Virus record (IMG/VR): IMGVR_UViG_3300043252_000011
Coordinates: 1 to 64,000 of that record
Strand: one strand, 5' to 3'
Source of the DNA: a virus
Taxonomy: Duplodnaviria; Caudoviricetes
Length of the DNA stretch: 64,000 bases
Shown here: in pieces, positions 26,806 to 36,147 of the stretch
Position numbering within the stretch: the first letter of the stretch is position 1
Layout: the number at the start of each line of letters is the position of its first letter
Program-made: the position numbers and the translations under genes
The notes under the pieces: model-generated
What the model saw: only the letters and a program-made list of their open reading frames with translations
Told to the model about the DNA's origin: nothing
Databases searched by the model: none

Positions 26806-28065
26806 CTATCCCTGAATTTCCTGCAGCGTCATAGTGCCGCCTGCTTCAGATCCGTTCCCTGTGACACCTTGGCAGTATATCGCATAGGTTTGCGTGGTGA
26901 CCAATCCAGGCGCGTGGAGCATGACGAAAGAAACCGGAATCGTGTTCACGTTGATCGTTGAAGGCTGGCCGATTAAGGTCCCGTTATTGGCAAGCGAAAG
27001 TTTTACACCGTCATTTGTAGTAATGCTGGTATTCGACGCCGCGGCGTTTACCAGCACGAGGTTAACCGCGCTAGTCGGTGTGATTGGGCCGCTAACGGCA
27101 GTCGTGATATAAGCCGGCGTTGTACAGGTCGTGGAACCGCTTACGTTCACAAATGGAGCTGTCTGTACCACGTCTCCCGGCTTCGCGATACCAGGACCGA
27201 ATATTTGCAGACTCGTACACGAATTCCCCCAAGCGCCGGCAACAGTCTGCCCGCTTCCGAAACTGCAAAACCCGATTATCCGTACGGCGTCGGCAGCAAC
27301 GCCGGCTGTGGCGTACAAAGTACCGCCAGTGTTAGAAGACCCACCAATGGTTGTAGTGGTTGGTAGCGTATGTTCCCAAGCCGCACATGGAAAAATAGTC
27401 GTCTGGTTACTGCACGTCGCCACCGCCAGCTCAGGAACGCCCGCGTTGTACTCTAGAAAAATCCACACACGAAACGGCACGCCATTTGAAGTGCCGAGCG
27501 TCGCACCGTTGGGGATGGTGATGGACTGCGTAGCAGTGATGGAAGCAAACGTAATCGTGCCTGTCGTTCCTACAGTAGACCGGAACGGCACTATGACCGG
27601 ACTGCCGCTGCTAGGCGCAGCGCCGTTCGCTTGCGTCAACGTGATGGTAAGCGCGTTACCGGAAGCAACAGCCGACAAACCGAGATTGATCGGCATATCG
27701 TAGCCGCCTGTCGTACTGACAGCACTGCAATTAACTCCGGTGCCGGATACGTATTTCAGTGCTTGATTGACAGCCGTACAGTTCGGCAGCGGAAGATCGG
27801 TTACGGTAGTACCATTCAAACTGCCTTTCACCGTATTGGCAGCGCCGGGCGTAAAGCCGCTGTTGGCGATAGTGCCAAAGCCTGGATCGGCGGAAGGGCC
27901 GTTACTGACAAGCGGCTGTCCTGCCGTGCTGGGTACTGCGGCATTGAATCCGGTGTTGCCAGCGCCCTTGCCGATCGGCACGGAGTGGATTGCCGTCTGC
28001 TGCGCCAGCGCAGGCGCGCAAACCAGCAAAAACGCAAGAGCGGCAGCGGTACGGAGCATTTTCAT
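26806..28065 (-). CDS. tail fibre/appendage-like protein with Sec signal peptide
   Basis: MKMLRTAAALAFLLVCAPALA-Q; G/T/S-rich beta structure; PGDVVQ...MTLQEIQG C-terminus; ATGA overlap. Confidence 0.7.
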   Translation of the reverse strand: MKMLRTAAALAFLLVCAPALAQQTAIHSVPIGKGAGNTGFNAAVPSTAGQPLVSNGPSADPGFGTIANSGFTPGAANTVKGSLNGTTVTDLPLPNCTAVNQALKYVSGTGVNCSAVSTTGGYDMPINLGLSAVASGNALTITLTQANGAAPSSGSPVIVPFRSTVGTTGTITFASITATQSITIPNGATLGTSNGVPFRVWIFLEYNAGVPELAVATCSNQTTIFPCAAWEHTLPTTTTIGGSSNTGGTLYATAGVAADAVRIIGFCSFGSGQTVAGAWGNSCTSLQIFGPGIAKPGDVVQTAPFVNVSGSTTCTTPAYITTAVSGPITPTSAVNLVLVNAAASNTSITTNDGVKLSLANNGTLIGQPSTINVNTIPVSFVMLHAPGLVTTQTYAIYCQGVTGNGSEAGGTMTLQEIQG

Positions 28066-28673
28066 GGTATCAGTATCCAAGCGTTAAGATCGGGGGACGG
28101 ACGGAGACGCACACGCGCCAAGTAATCGGCGGTGGATTGCAAATTCCATGTTGCTTGCTGCATGATCGTAGCGCCGCCAACCGGCGAAACTAAAATTTCA
28201 TGGTTAGCAACACCCGTTGAAAAATCGGTGAGTACAATATCCTTTTGCGTAAGATACTGCGCTGCAATCGAGGGGAGCTGTACGGCTGTGTTAGCCGGCG
28301 CGGCGCGTTGTATGGCAGCAAGTGATACGCCGGGGTTAATAACGTTGTTCGCGTTCGGCAGCGATTGAAAAACCGAACCGGACGGCGACAAGAATGCTTG
28401 CCACAACGCAGGCGTCGCAACTTGATACTGCCCTGCTACCGGATTCCAGATGTACAGTGTGCCTTCCGCCGTCCATGACGGGATGGCGGGCTGAAACCAA
28501 AGCGTGCTCGCCTGATTTACAGTCGGCGCCGTCTGCCCGACCGAAAGAGCGAACATGCCAGCGCGGGCCAGCGCGACAACAATGTAATCCAACCCCGGCA
28601 TTCTTTCCGAACGCACGGCGCTGCCGACGAGCCGCAACAATCCGATGAAGTCTGTCGCTGGATTGTAGCTCAT
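28062..28673 (-). CDS. virion structural protein
   Basis: Within the structural operon; fibre-like motifs. Confidence 0.6.
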   Translation of the reverse strand: MSYNPATDFIGLLRLVGSAVRSERMPGLDYIVVALARAGMFALSVGQTAPTVNQASTLWFQPAIPSWTAEGTLYIWNPVAGQYQVATPALWQAFLSPSGSVFQSLPNANNVINPGVSLAAIQRAAPANTAVQLPSIAAQYLTQKDIVLTDFSTGVANHEILVSPVGGATIMQQATWNLQSTADYLARVRLRPSPDLNAWILIP

Positions 28674-29098
28674 ACGTTGTGCTCGTTTTCAGCGGTATAG
28701 AGTGGGTTAAGCGCGACTGCCACTGCCGCAGGGTTGGCAGGCCATACGCCGGCAGCCTTTGGCCCTAAAATGGACGGCTGCAATCCGTAGTTCGGATAGC
28801 CGCCCCACATCAAACAATAATCGCCGTTCGATCCTAGGTCGTTTGTCGGCTGCGCGGAACTGAACCAGTTCAACGCGGCTTGGTAAATCGCAGGCACGGC
28901 GAACAAGTAGTTGCCCCACGAACTCGTCTTGTCATTGGACCGCCTCGCGTACAGAAACCAAGTCTGCGTGTCTACGTACACATCGCCAACGACGCCGGCA
29001 GACGGCACAGGCTCGCCCGTACCACGCAGCACCGGACCGAATTGCTTCGTCTGCGCAAACACGCCGCCCTGAATTGTGCCATTGTCAAAGCCACTCAT
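28670..29098 (-). CDS. virion structural protein (tandem paralog of 29095-29724)
   Basis: MSGFD.GT.QGG.FAQTKQFG shared. Confidence 0.75.
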   Translation of the reverse strand: MSGFDNGTIQGGVFAQTKQFGPVLRGTGEPVPSAGVVGDVYVDTQTWFLYARRSNDKTSSWGNYLFAVPAIYQAALNWFSSAQPTNDLGSNGDYCLMWGGYPNYGLQPSILGPKAAGVWPANPAAVAVALNPLYTAENEHNV

Positions 29099-29724
29099 AC
29101 GGCATGCTCGTCTTCGGCAGAATATAATGGATTCAAAGCGACAGCCGCAACAATCGGCGCTGACTGCTCCGCACGCTGAATAACAGGCGTGTTTCCGAGC
29201 TGCGGCACCGGAATGGATAAGACATACTCGCTATCTTCAGCGGCGACGATGAGCTGCCATGAATTGCTGAACGCAATAGGTGCACCTTCGTCCAGTTCGC
29301 CAGCCGGCAGCGAATAGCCTGCATAGGCGGGGTCAAGCAATAAATCCGGGCCATCGCCGCTTTCAGGCCAGTAACCGTTGACGTTTGGACCACAGAAAGA
29401 CGGCTGGAGTCCGTAGTTATTGAAGCCAGCCCAAAGCAAGCAATAATCGCCGTTCGCTCCAAAATTGTTCGTCGGCAGCGACGAACTAAACCAATTCAAA
29501 CCGGATTGGTACTGCGCCGGAACGGCAAACAAATAGTGGCCCCACGGGTCGGTGCCTTCCGCGCTGCGTTTTTCGTACAAAAACCATGTCTGTACGTCAA
29601 TGTATAAATCACCGACAACGCCGGCCCCCGGCACGGGCGGCCCGGAACCGCGAAGGATCGAGCCAAACTGCTTTGTTTGGGCAAAAATGCCGCCTTGCGC
29701 AGTTCCTTGATCGAAACCGCTCAT
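29095..29724 (-). CDS. virion structural protein (tandem paralog of 28670-29098)
   Basis: Same N- and C-termini with an internal insertion. Confidence 0.75.
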   Translation of the reverse strand: MSGFDQGTAQGGIFAQTKQFGSILRGSGPPVPGAGVVGDLYIDVQTWFLYEKRSAEGTDPWGHYLFAVPAQYQSGLNWFSSSLPTNNFGANGDYCLLWAGFNNYGLQPSFCGPNVNGYWPESGDGPDLLLDPAYAGYSLPAGELDEGAPIAFSNSWQLIVAAEDSEYVLSIPVPQLGNTPVIQRAEQSAPIVAAVALNPLYSAEDEHAV

Positions 29725-30137
29725 GTGGATGCACCAACATCGCCTGTACGGGCAATCTGCATATCCATAACAACGCCCGTACTTTCGGCATTGTTGATAT
29801 TAACAATACGCAAGCGCGCCCAACCTTCACGATGAGCACGGCGGGACGTGGCAACGACGATATTCTGCCATTGATCGATTGGACGCGCGGAAGCATCCGG
29901 GTCGCCGCCATACATCTTCATTTCCATGATGACTTGGACTTCGGGCGCAATCGGCGACGGCGTGATGGTGCTCGACGCGGCGGAAACAAACGCCAACGAA
30001 GCGCGAGCTATATTAACAGAAATGGTATTGCCCTTACTTACCGGCAGCCACCCGGTCGCGCCGCCGACGAAATCGGCGTACACGGTATCGTTCTGATTGT
30101 TGATTCGCGTTGCGCTGCCGCCCGGCCGATAGAACAT
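29721..30137 (-). CDS. virion structural protein
   Basis: Beta-rich ORF in operon; ATGA overlap. Confidence 0.6.
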   Translation of the reverse strand: MFYRPGGSATRINNQNDTVYADFVGGATGWLPVSKGNTISVNIARASLAFVSAASSTITPSPIAPEVQVIMEMKMYGGDPDASARPIDQWQNIVVATSRRAHREGWARLRIVNINNAESTGVVMDMQIARTGDVGAST

Positions 30138-30149
30138 ATCCGTACAGCC

Positions 30150-30407
30150 CTACCGGCCTTTGTCGAAAGCCGTATTGCCGGAATATCGCGTACTGGAGCC
30201 GCCACCGTCGCCGTGATTGGACTTTGCCAGCCGGCGGTTGCCCATGCCGGTGTCCGCCACCGCGCCGGGATAGTGCTTCAACTGCCCTTCCGGCACACCA
30301 CCGCGCCCGGTGAATTTCGTAGCCGGCGGCCCCATTTCATTGGGTACGCAATCGTTATTGCCGGTCTTATTGAAGCCAGTTTTTAGACCGCGAAATCGAG
30401 TGCCCAT
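30150..30407 (-). CDS. Gly/basic low-complexity protein
   Basis: SD gagg before ATG 30407. Confidence 0.55.
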   Translation of the reverse strand: MGTRFRGLKTGFNKTGNNDCVPNEMGPPATKFTGRGGVPEGQLKHYPGAVADTGMGNRRLAKSNHGDGGGSSTRYSGNTAFDKGR

Positions 30408-30470
30408 GGTGCCTCTGTCCAGTTTGTATGACGCCTTCAAAGCATCATACCACTCGGTTCCCGGCTTTCA

Positions 30471-30498
30471 TAGGCCCCCGCCACGCGGCGGGGGCCTA
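30471..30498. terminator. 12-bp perfect hairpin (terminator or processing site)
   Basis: TAGGCCCCCGCC-ACGC-GGCGGGGGCCTA. Confidence 0.55.
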
Positions 30499-30547
30499 CG
30501 CTGGTAAGGCGTTAGCGGTCGCGGCCGTATTCGTCAGCACGAGACTG

Positions 30548-30928
30548 CTACGCTTGCGGGAAGGGCTGTTGCGGGCGCGTGCCCGCTTCGCGGAACGGCG
30601 TCGAATCGCGAGCCGGGACGGAGCTATCGAACAGATGCGGCCAGTTTATCTTGGCCGTGCCTTCCGGGTCGACGTCGCCCTCCTTGCGCATACGGGCGAT
30701 CGCTTCGTCCTTGGTCGCGGGTGCGACGTATAGCGGATTGCCTTCGTGCGCTTGGTCCTTTCGTTCGTCTACCAGCTCGGTATCGGGATGGTCGATGAGC
30801 TGCTTGACGCGACCGTGTGCCGATGCAGCGATATCCGCAAGGTTCTGATTCTTCAGCTTGCGGGCACGCTCTTCCACACCTTTCAGCACGTCAAACATGC
30901 TTTGGAGGGTATTCTTCAGATCAGCCAT
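30548..30928 (-). CDS. hypothetical protein
   Basis: Strong SD aaggag. Confidence 0.7.
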   Translation of the reverse strand: MADLKNTLQSMFDVLKGVEERARKLKNQNLADIAASAHGRVKQLIDHPDTELVDERKDQAHEGNPLYVAPATKDEAIARMRKEGDVDPEGTAKINWPHLFDSSVPARDSTPFREAGTRPQQPFPQA

Positions 30929-31088
30929 GATTCGCTCCTTTGGGTTGGCATGATGCCGAGTATATCAACTTTCGGGACGCAAAGAAGTTCATTTCTTCGC
31001 CTTCCGATTGCACAGCCGCGCTATCGTCATATGCACCTTGGCAAGCAGACGATGCCGGCGCGCAAGACTCAGGTACTTCGCACGGCGT

Positions 31089-31376
31089 TTAGTACTCCCG
31101 ATTAATGCCCCTGGCATTCGCGTCATTTATATAGCCCACGCCTTTGCGCAAATTCCGAATATCTTCTTCGACATTTTGTATGTCGTCTTCCGCACGTCGT
31201 AGCCGATCGGCCTCGACTGCAGACGTGATAAGCAAACCTTTGGTTTCCTTCACGTCGGTTTCAATACGCTGGATTTTGCCCGTCAGTTTTCCGGCGAAGA
31301 AACCACCGCCCCCGATTGTGAGTACGAGATTCAAGGCGGCAACCCCGGCTGCTACTGTCCCCGCGTCGATAATCAT
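31089..31376 (-). CDS. TM plus coiled-coil protein
   Basis: N-terminal hydrophobic helix, charged coiled coil. Confidence 0.65.
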   Translation of the reverse strand: MIIDAGTVAAGVAALNLVLTIGGGGFFAGKLTGKIQRIETDVKETKGLLITSAVEADRLRRAEDDIQNVEEDIRNLRKGVGYINDANARGINREY

Positions 31377-31482
31377 TGGGCGCCTTTTCTGAGCACGTTT
31401 TTGGTCAGAATTACCGCCGCGTAGACGAACAATGCGATCATAATAAGCGCCAAAACGGGACTGCCATACGGGTGCATAAGAA

Positions 31483-33396
31483 TCACGGAGTCGGTGTTAA
31501 GATAAGTTCTACATCAGCAAATGCACTGTTGCCTTCTGTTTGAGTAACTCTGAAGTATAAAGTGGGGAAACCGGCGACTGTATACGTAGCCAGGTTATTA
31601 TTATTAATAGTTAAATTTTGTGCATTATTAGCAGTGCCGTCCGATGCGGTTGACACCGTCACTGCCGATCCCGACGTGACGATCTGCGTGCCGCCGCCGC
31701 TAGTCGCGGTAAATACCCCAACCTGTGATGCCGTAAGCGATCCCGTCGCTCCAATAATGCGAATAGAGTTTATGAGGTAGCGCGAAGCCCAAGCTGGCAA
31801 ACTAACTGAGAGCGGAGTGTCCCCGACTGCATTGAAATTCACTCCTGCGGCGATGACAGCCAACGTCGTTGACGCCGGATTTCCGTTTAAGTAGTAACCG
31901 CCGCCGGCAGCCAAGTTGACCGTAGACGGTCCTTTATCTGCTCCCACAGGCGGCGTGGTACCTGAGAACGTACCAAAATAAGTGCCGCCGTCATTAAAAA
32001 CGCAAAACCACGGAGCTTGAACTACGGCATTTATTGCAGTTGTGTACTCACAGTCTCGTGTCGGCTCCGACGTACTGCTCCAATTAGCATCTGCGTAAAC
32101 CTGGAAACTACCGCGGCCAAATACCCATCCTGGGCCGCCAGAAACACAGGTTGCGCAGTACGCACCGCCGCCACCGAAGGAGACGAGATTATTGCCGTTG
32201 ACGATCGCGGTAGGCGCGGCCAGCGTGCCGTTGGCGTACATACCGGTGAAAGACGGGCTGTCAGTGCCGCCGTTAGGAGTTGCGATAGCGATATATCGCG
32301 TACCTTGGCCGTCCACATTTGCAGCGGCGAAAGCAACATCGCCGCCCAGTAAAGCCGATGAAATCGGAGCGGCATTTAGATTAACTGCGGCCGTACCACC
32401 GCTAAAAGTCCATCCGGTTGCGTAGGTCGCAACACAGTTCACGACGTTCGTAATTATTCCATAAAACAAACAAAGAGGCCGCAGCGTTCCGCCGTTGTAA
32501 GCCACAGAGCCAAAAGCAGAATAGCCTAGTGTGGTGTCGGCGCCGAAACGTGCGCAGCCGACCGGAGCGCTTGCATTTGCGATAAGATCGGCATCGCAAT
32601 CATCGTGCCAAGTTATAAAACCTTCCGCGTTTGCTGTTGCCGTCCCGTTAGGCATCAAATCAGATGCCATTCTAGTATTTACCGTAGTTGGCCTGGCAGT
32701 TTGAACAGGAAAAGTCGTAATCGTAGGACGCGGCAAGATTTGAAACTGATTGCCGCCAGTACCGAAAAACAATTGATCTAAAAAAGTCCCGGTCGGTATC
32801 GCAGAAGTTCCAGTGGGGTTGCCCAACGCCTGCCCCGCCTGTATTACTGGCGTGCCGCCCCCACCGCCCGACGTTGTCTGATCGTAAAAAATCGGTTCGA
32901 TCAAAAGCGTATTGACCGGGCCGCCCGGCGAAACTGCACACACGCGCGCTTGTGTGTACATCATATAGTAGTCAGCTTGCGGCGATGCTTGGATTACATT
33001 GCTGGGCGGCGTTGATGGGCACGCGGCGCTCCACGAAACCGTCGTACCGCCAGCTACAGTCATCGCAGCGGAAAGCGTTATGCCCGTTGTACCGTTGTAC
33101 GCAGCAACCGTTGTTCCCGACGTGATTCCCGCACCGGAAATCAGGCCGCCAACAATCGGTGGTATTGCTGGCGTCGCTGTCAGCGTCAAAGTCGTAGATG
33201 AGCCTGACGTGCTGCCGATGCCAGAACCTTGGGACGTGAAAATTGACGCGTTGCCCGCGATCATGCGGACCTTGATCGGGCCGTTACCTAAATCGGCGAC
33301 TGCATTTGCAGCGATCGGCAGTGTGATGGCGTTCTGTGCGTGCGCGTGAAGCGCCGTACAGAGCAGAAACGATAAGGCGAGTAGAAATCTGCGCAT
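31483..33396 (-). CDS. large fibre/appendage-like protein with Sec signal peptide
   Basis: MRRFLLALSFLLCTALHAHA-Q; N-domain paralogous to 35562-36107; multiple Cys. Confidence 0.7.
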   Translation of the reverse strand: MRRFLLALSFLLCTALHAHAQNAITLPIAANAVADLGNGPIKVRMIAGNASIFTSQGSGIGSTSGSSTTLTLTATPAIPPIVGGLISGAGITSGTTVAAYNGTTGITLSAAMTVAGGTTVSWSAACPSTPPSNVIQASPQADYYMMYTQARVCAVSPGGPVNTLLIEPIFYDQTTSGGGGGTPVIQAGQALGNPTGTSAIPTGTFLDQLFFGTGGNQFQILPRPTITTFPVQTARPTTVNTRMASDLMPNGTATANAEGFITWHDDCDADLIANASAPVGCARFGADTTLGYSAFGSVAYNGGTLRPLCLFYGIITNVVNCVATYATGWTFSGGTAAVNLNAAPISSALLGGDVAFAAANVDGQGTRYIAIATPNGGTDSPSFTGMYANGTLAAPTAIVNGNNLVSFGGGGAYCATCVSGGPGWVFGRGSFQVYADANWSSTSEPTRDCEYTTAINAVVQAPWFCVFNDGGTYFGTFSGTTPPVGADKGPSTVNLAAGGGYYLNGNPASTTLAVIAAGVNFNAVGDTPLSVSLPAWASRYLINSIRIIGATGSLTASQVGVFTATSGGGTQIVTSGSAVTVSTASDGTANNAQNLTINNNNLATYTVAGFPTLYFRVTQTEGNSAFADVELILTPTP

Positions 33397-34349
33397 CAGA
33401 AGTTCCACCCATTGGTCGCGCTGCGCATATTGGCGAGCATGGCTTGATAGGATGAGTTGAGATCAGCGGGCCAAATGCCGGCTTCGCAGACAAAACCCGC
33501 GATCATGCTCAGAGTGCCTGCCGAGCGGCCCATAAAATATTCAGGACCGCTTAATGCGGTGCCGCCGGAACTCGCTGTGTTTGTATTTGCGCTGCTATCC
33601 GACGCAAAAAGAGGCGCCGCGGCATTTACAACATTCAAAAGTGCGTGGGGCGCTCCATCGGCTACCGTGAGAGAAATTGTTGCCCCATTCGAGGTTTGAA
33701 CAGTGTTTGCAGAATTACCAAATCTAAGAAAAGTCAAATTGGTTCCATTGCCAAAAATGTTTTGCACAGTTGTATTGCTGCCTGTTCGCTCAGTAACCGC
33801 CGTCAGCGTATAGGGGGCAGATTGAGAAATATTTCCGGCAGTTTTCAGTACCGTCGCTGCATTTCCCGTCCCCGCCGCGCACGGCAAACCATTCTGCGCA
33901 CTGAGCGTCAGCCCCGGCATATTAGCGAGCGTCGCCTGAACGACGTGATTGCCGGTGCCGGTTTGATCGTAGAGTTTTGTGATGCTGCACGCGACGTGTG
34001 TGATGGTGCAGAACGTTGTCACGCTCACAACCGGGGCTCCGGTCGGACACACGACGGCAGCCATATTGGCAAAGCCGTTCGTACCGACGTTGAGCGTACA
34101 GGTCGCCAGCCCTGTTGCGGTGTCCACAAGATCGGCTAGCGGACTTTGCGCGGCGGCGTAGGCGGCATTGTAGGCGCGGCCGGCGGAGTAGAATGCGATG
34201 GCGCCACTGGCGATGTCGCCGGGGCCTTGGTATCCGGCGGCGGATTTGACGGTATTAAATACGCCTTCGCCGATCAATTGCGCTGATGCCTGCCACGCAC
34301 CAAAAAGCACAACGCATGCTGTCAGCCATGTCAGAGCGATTTTGCGCAT
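33396..34349 (-). CDS. signal-peptide protein with arabinofuranosidase B (GH54)/ConA-like domain
   Basis: GPGDI...RAY...FC...CSITKLYDQTGTGNHVVQA resembles the AbfB catalytic N-terminus; signal ends ASA-Q. Confidence 0.6.
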   Translation of the reverse strand: MRKIALTWLTACVVLFGAWQASAQLIGEGVFNTVKSAAGYQGPGDIASGAIAFYSAGRAYNAAYAAAQSPLADLVDTATGLATCTLNVGTNGFANMAAVVCPTGAPVVSVTTFCTITHVACSITKLYDQTGTGNHVVQATLANMPGLTLSAQNGLPCAAGTGNAATVLKTAGNISQSAPYTLTAVTERTGSNTTVQNIFGNGTNLTFLRFGNSANTVQTSNGATISLTVADGAPHALLNVVNAAAPLFASDSSANTNTASSGGTALSGPEYFMGRSAGTLSMIAGFVCEAGIWPADLNSSYQAMLANMRSATNGWNF

Positions 34350-34351
34350 GG

Positions 34352-35230
34352 TTACTTATAGTCGATGTTGATCTGCACGCCGGTCGCAGCATTCGTATTG
34401 TCGTTATCAGCAACCGCGCCTGTGTAGCAAAAACTGATTCCGTTTGCGAACAACTTACCGCCGGGATAGTTCAAATGCAAACCCGGACTGATCACATTCG
34501 ACTGTACGGGGAGGTTGTTCACGACGCCAGTTGCCGAACTACAAGTCGGCGCGCTGGCACTGTCGTAAAAACGAAAATCACCGAGTGTCGTTGTCGTGTT
34601 GATAATCGTAAGATCATAAACAGTCCCCGCACTGGCTTTAACGTTCGTTGAATTATTCGACGCAGCAGATCCTACGTGATACGGCGTCGCGCCACCCGAC
34701 GCGCTCGCCGAAGGTGCTACAAGCCACGGCACTGTATTCGGGGTATTACCCGGCTGTACGGTCCATGTACCGGATTGCGTTGCAGCTACCGTTGCCAGCG
34801 GCGTAAGCGCAGTAATCTGCGCTGCAGTGAGCACTACAGGAATCGAAGCCGCCGCAAGTTGCTGACCAAGCGTGTACGGCCAAAACGTGCCAGTTACTTT
34901 CAGATTACCATTTACGTCCGTTTGGAACGCGACCATCTGACCAGTAGTCAACGTCGGCGGCGATGATAAGTACTCGGCACCCGCTGCAGTCCCCGCGCTA
35001 GGAAAGACAGCGCCAAAATTTGAAGATGTTCCGCCGCCGCCCCCGCCCCCGCCGCCGTCACACAGCTTCCCCGTCGTATCCATCGTAAGAATGCCGTACG
35101 TGCCAGCAACGTACGATACGGGCGGCGTACCACACGCCGACACGATCAGGGCTTGCAATTGCTGTTGAGCGCTCACGGGCACGCACAGAGCACCAAGCGC
35201 CAGCAAAATGAAAAATAGAAATTTCTTCAT
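34352..35230 (-). CDS. structural-like protein with Sec signal peptide
   Basis: MKKFLFFILLALGALCVPVSA-Q; C-terminal VKASAGTVY...FYD...G..FANGI beta-sandwich. Confidence 0.7.
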   Translation of the reverse strand: MKKFLFFILLALGALCVPVSAQQQLQALIVSACGTPPVSYVAGTYGILTMDTTGKLCDGGGGGGGGGTSSNFGAVFPSAGTAAGAEYLSSPPTLTTGQMVAFQTDVNGNLKVTGTFWPYTLGQQLAAASIPVVLTAAQITALTPLATVAATQSGTWTVQPGNTPNTVPWLVAPSASASGGATPYHVGSAASNNSTNVKASAGTVYDLTIINTTTTLGDFRFYDSASAPTCSSATGVVNNLPVQSNVISPGLHLNYPGGKLFANGISFCYTGAVADNDNTNAATGVQINIDYK

Positions 35231-35538
35231 CGTGCGCGCCCCGTATCGATCTTTTCGATCACGCCGGTAAACGCCGTTGCGCCGACAACAACCATGCTGT
35301 AGCGCCCCGCCGGCAACTGCATTTCTGTGTAGCCGGCTGCAGCCGCCACCGGCATGGCAGGCACGTACGTTGCTCCGTCAGGCAGCAACCTTTGCAATTG
35401 GTAGCTGGTAAAGCCACCAGCCGCTATCGTAAGCCCGTACCTGCCTGCGTCCAGCTCAAAGTCGGTTGCTGGCGTGGCGGCAAGATTGACCCAGGACTGA
35501 TAGCTACGCGGTATGGTCTTTATAGGATTGGCAACCAT
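35227..35538 (-). CDS. small virion structural protein
   Basis: Beta-rich; in operon. Confidence 0.6.
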   Translation of the reverse strand: MVANPIKTIPRSYQSWVNLAATPATDFELDAGRYGLTIAAGGFTSYQLQRLLPDGATYVPAMPVAAAAGYTEMQLPAGRYSMVVVGATAFTGVIEKIDTGRAR

Positions 35539-35561
35539 CGGATGCGCCCCTCATTGGGTGA

Positions 35562-36107
35562 TTAGTGCGCTCCGATGGGGTATTGAGCAATCAGCCCGCC
35601 AGGACCGCGATTGCCGTACGCGCAAACGCGAGCCTGCGTGTACATCGGAAGATCGGAACCGACTGCGGCTTGAACCAGCGCGAGCGGCGCCGTAGGCGGC
35701 GCGGCCGGACACGCTTGACCCCACGCGAGCGGGGTGGACGCCGCGACGGTCATGGCTGCCGAAAGGGTGATGCCAGTCGTACCGTTGAACGCCGTGACGG
35801 TCGTGCCCGACGTAATGCCGGTGCCGGAAATGATGCACCCTACACACGGCGGATCGGCGGCAGCGGTCGCCGTCAGCGTGAGCGTGGTGGACGAACCGGA
35901 CGTGCTGCCGATGCCAGATCCTTGGGACGTGAACAGCCCCAAGCTGCCCTGAAGCGTACGAATTTCAGTCGGGCCGTTGCCCAAATCGACGACGGTATTC
36001 GAGACTACGACTGTCGGGACCTGTACAACAGTCTGCGCAAGCGCGACAGTCGGCGCCATCAAAAGCAGTGCAGCCAACGCAGCGCGGATATTGGCGATAA
36101 GTTTCAT
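35562..36107 (-). CDS. structural-like protein with Sec signal peptide
   Basis: MKLIANIRAALAALLLMAPTVALA-Q; SD gaagga. Confidence 0.7.
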   Translation of the reverse strand: MKLIANIRAALAALLLMAPTVALAQTVVQVPTVVVSNTVVDLGNGPTEIRTLQGSLGLFTSQGSGIGSTSGSSTTLTLTATAAADPPCVGCIISGTGITSGTTVTAFNGTTGITLSAAMTVAASTPLAWGQACPAAPPTAPLALVQAAVGSDLPMYTQARVCAYGNRGPGGLIAQYPIGAH

Positions 36108-36147
36108 TGTGCTGTTTCCTTCGTTACGATGATTGCGCGCTGTACGG

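Noticed and set aside
30440-30548. Possible hammerhead ribozyme on the minus strand (CTGACGA...GAAA)
   Set aside because: Could not form stems I and III with a correctly placed NUH; better explained by a simple 12-bp hairpin
33206-35933. Near-identical ~35-bp segments in two fibre genes as DGR template/variable repeats
   Set aside because: No reverse transcriptase in the window, repeats are short and N-terminal; ordinary paralogy
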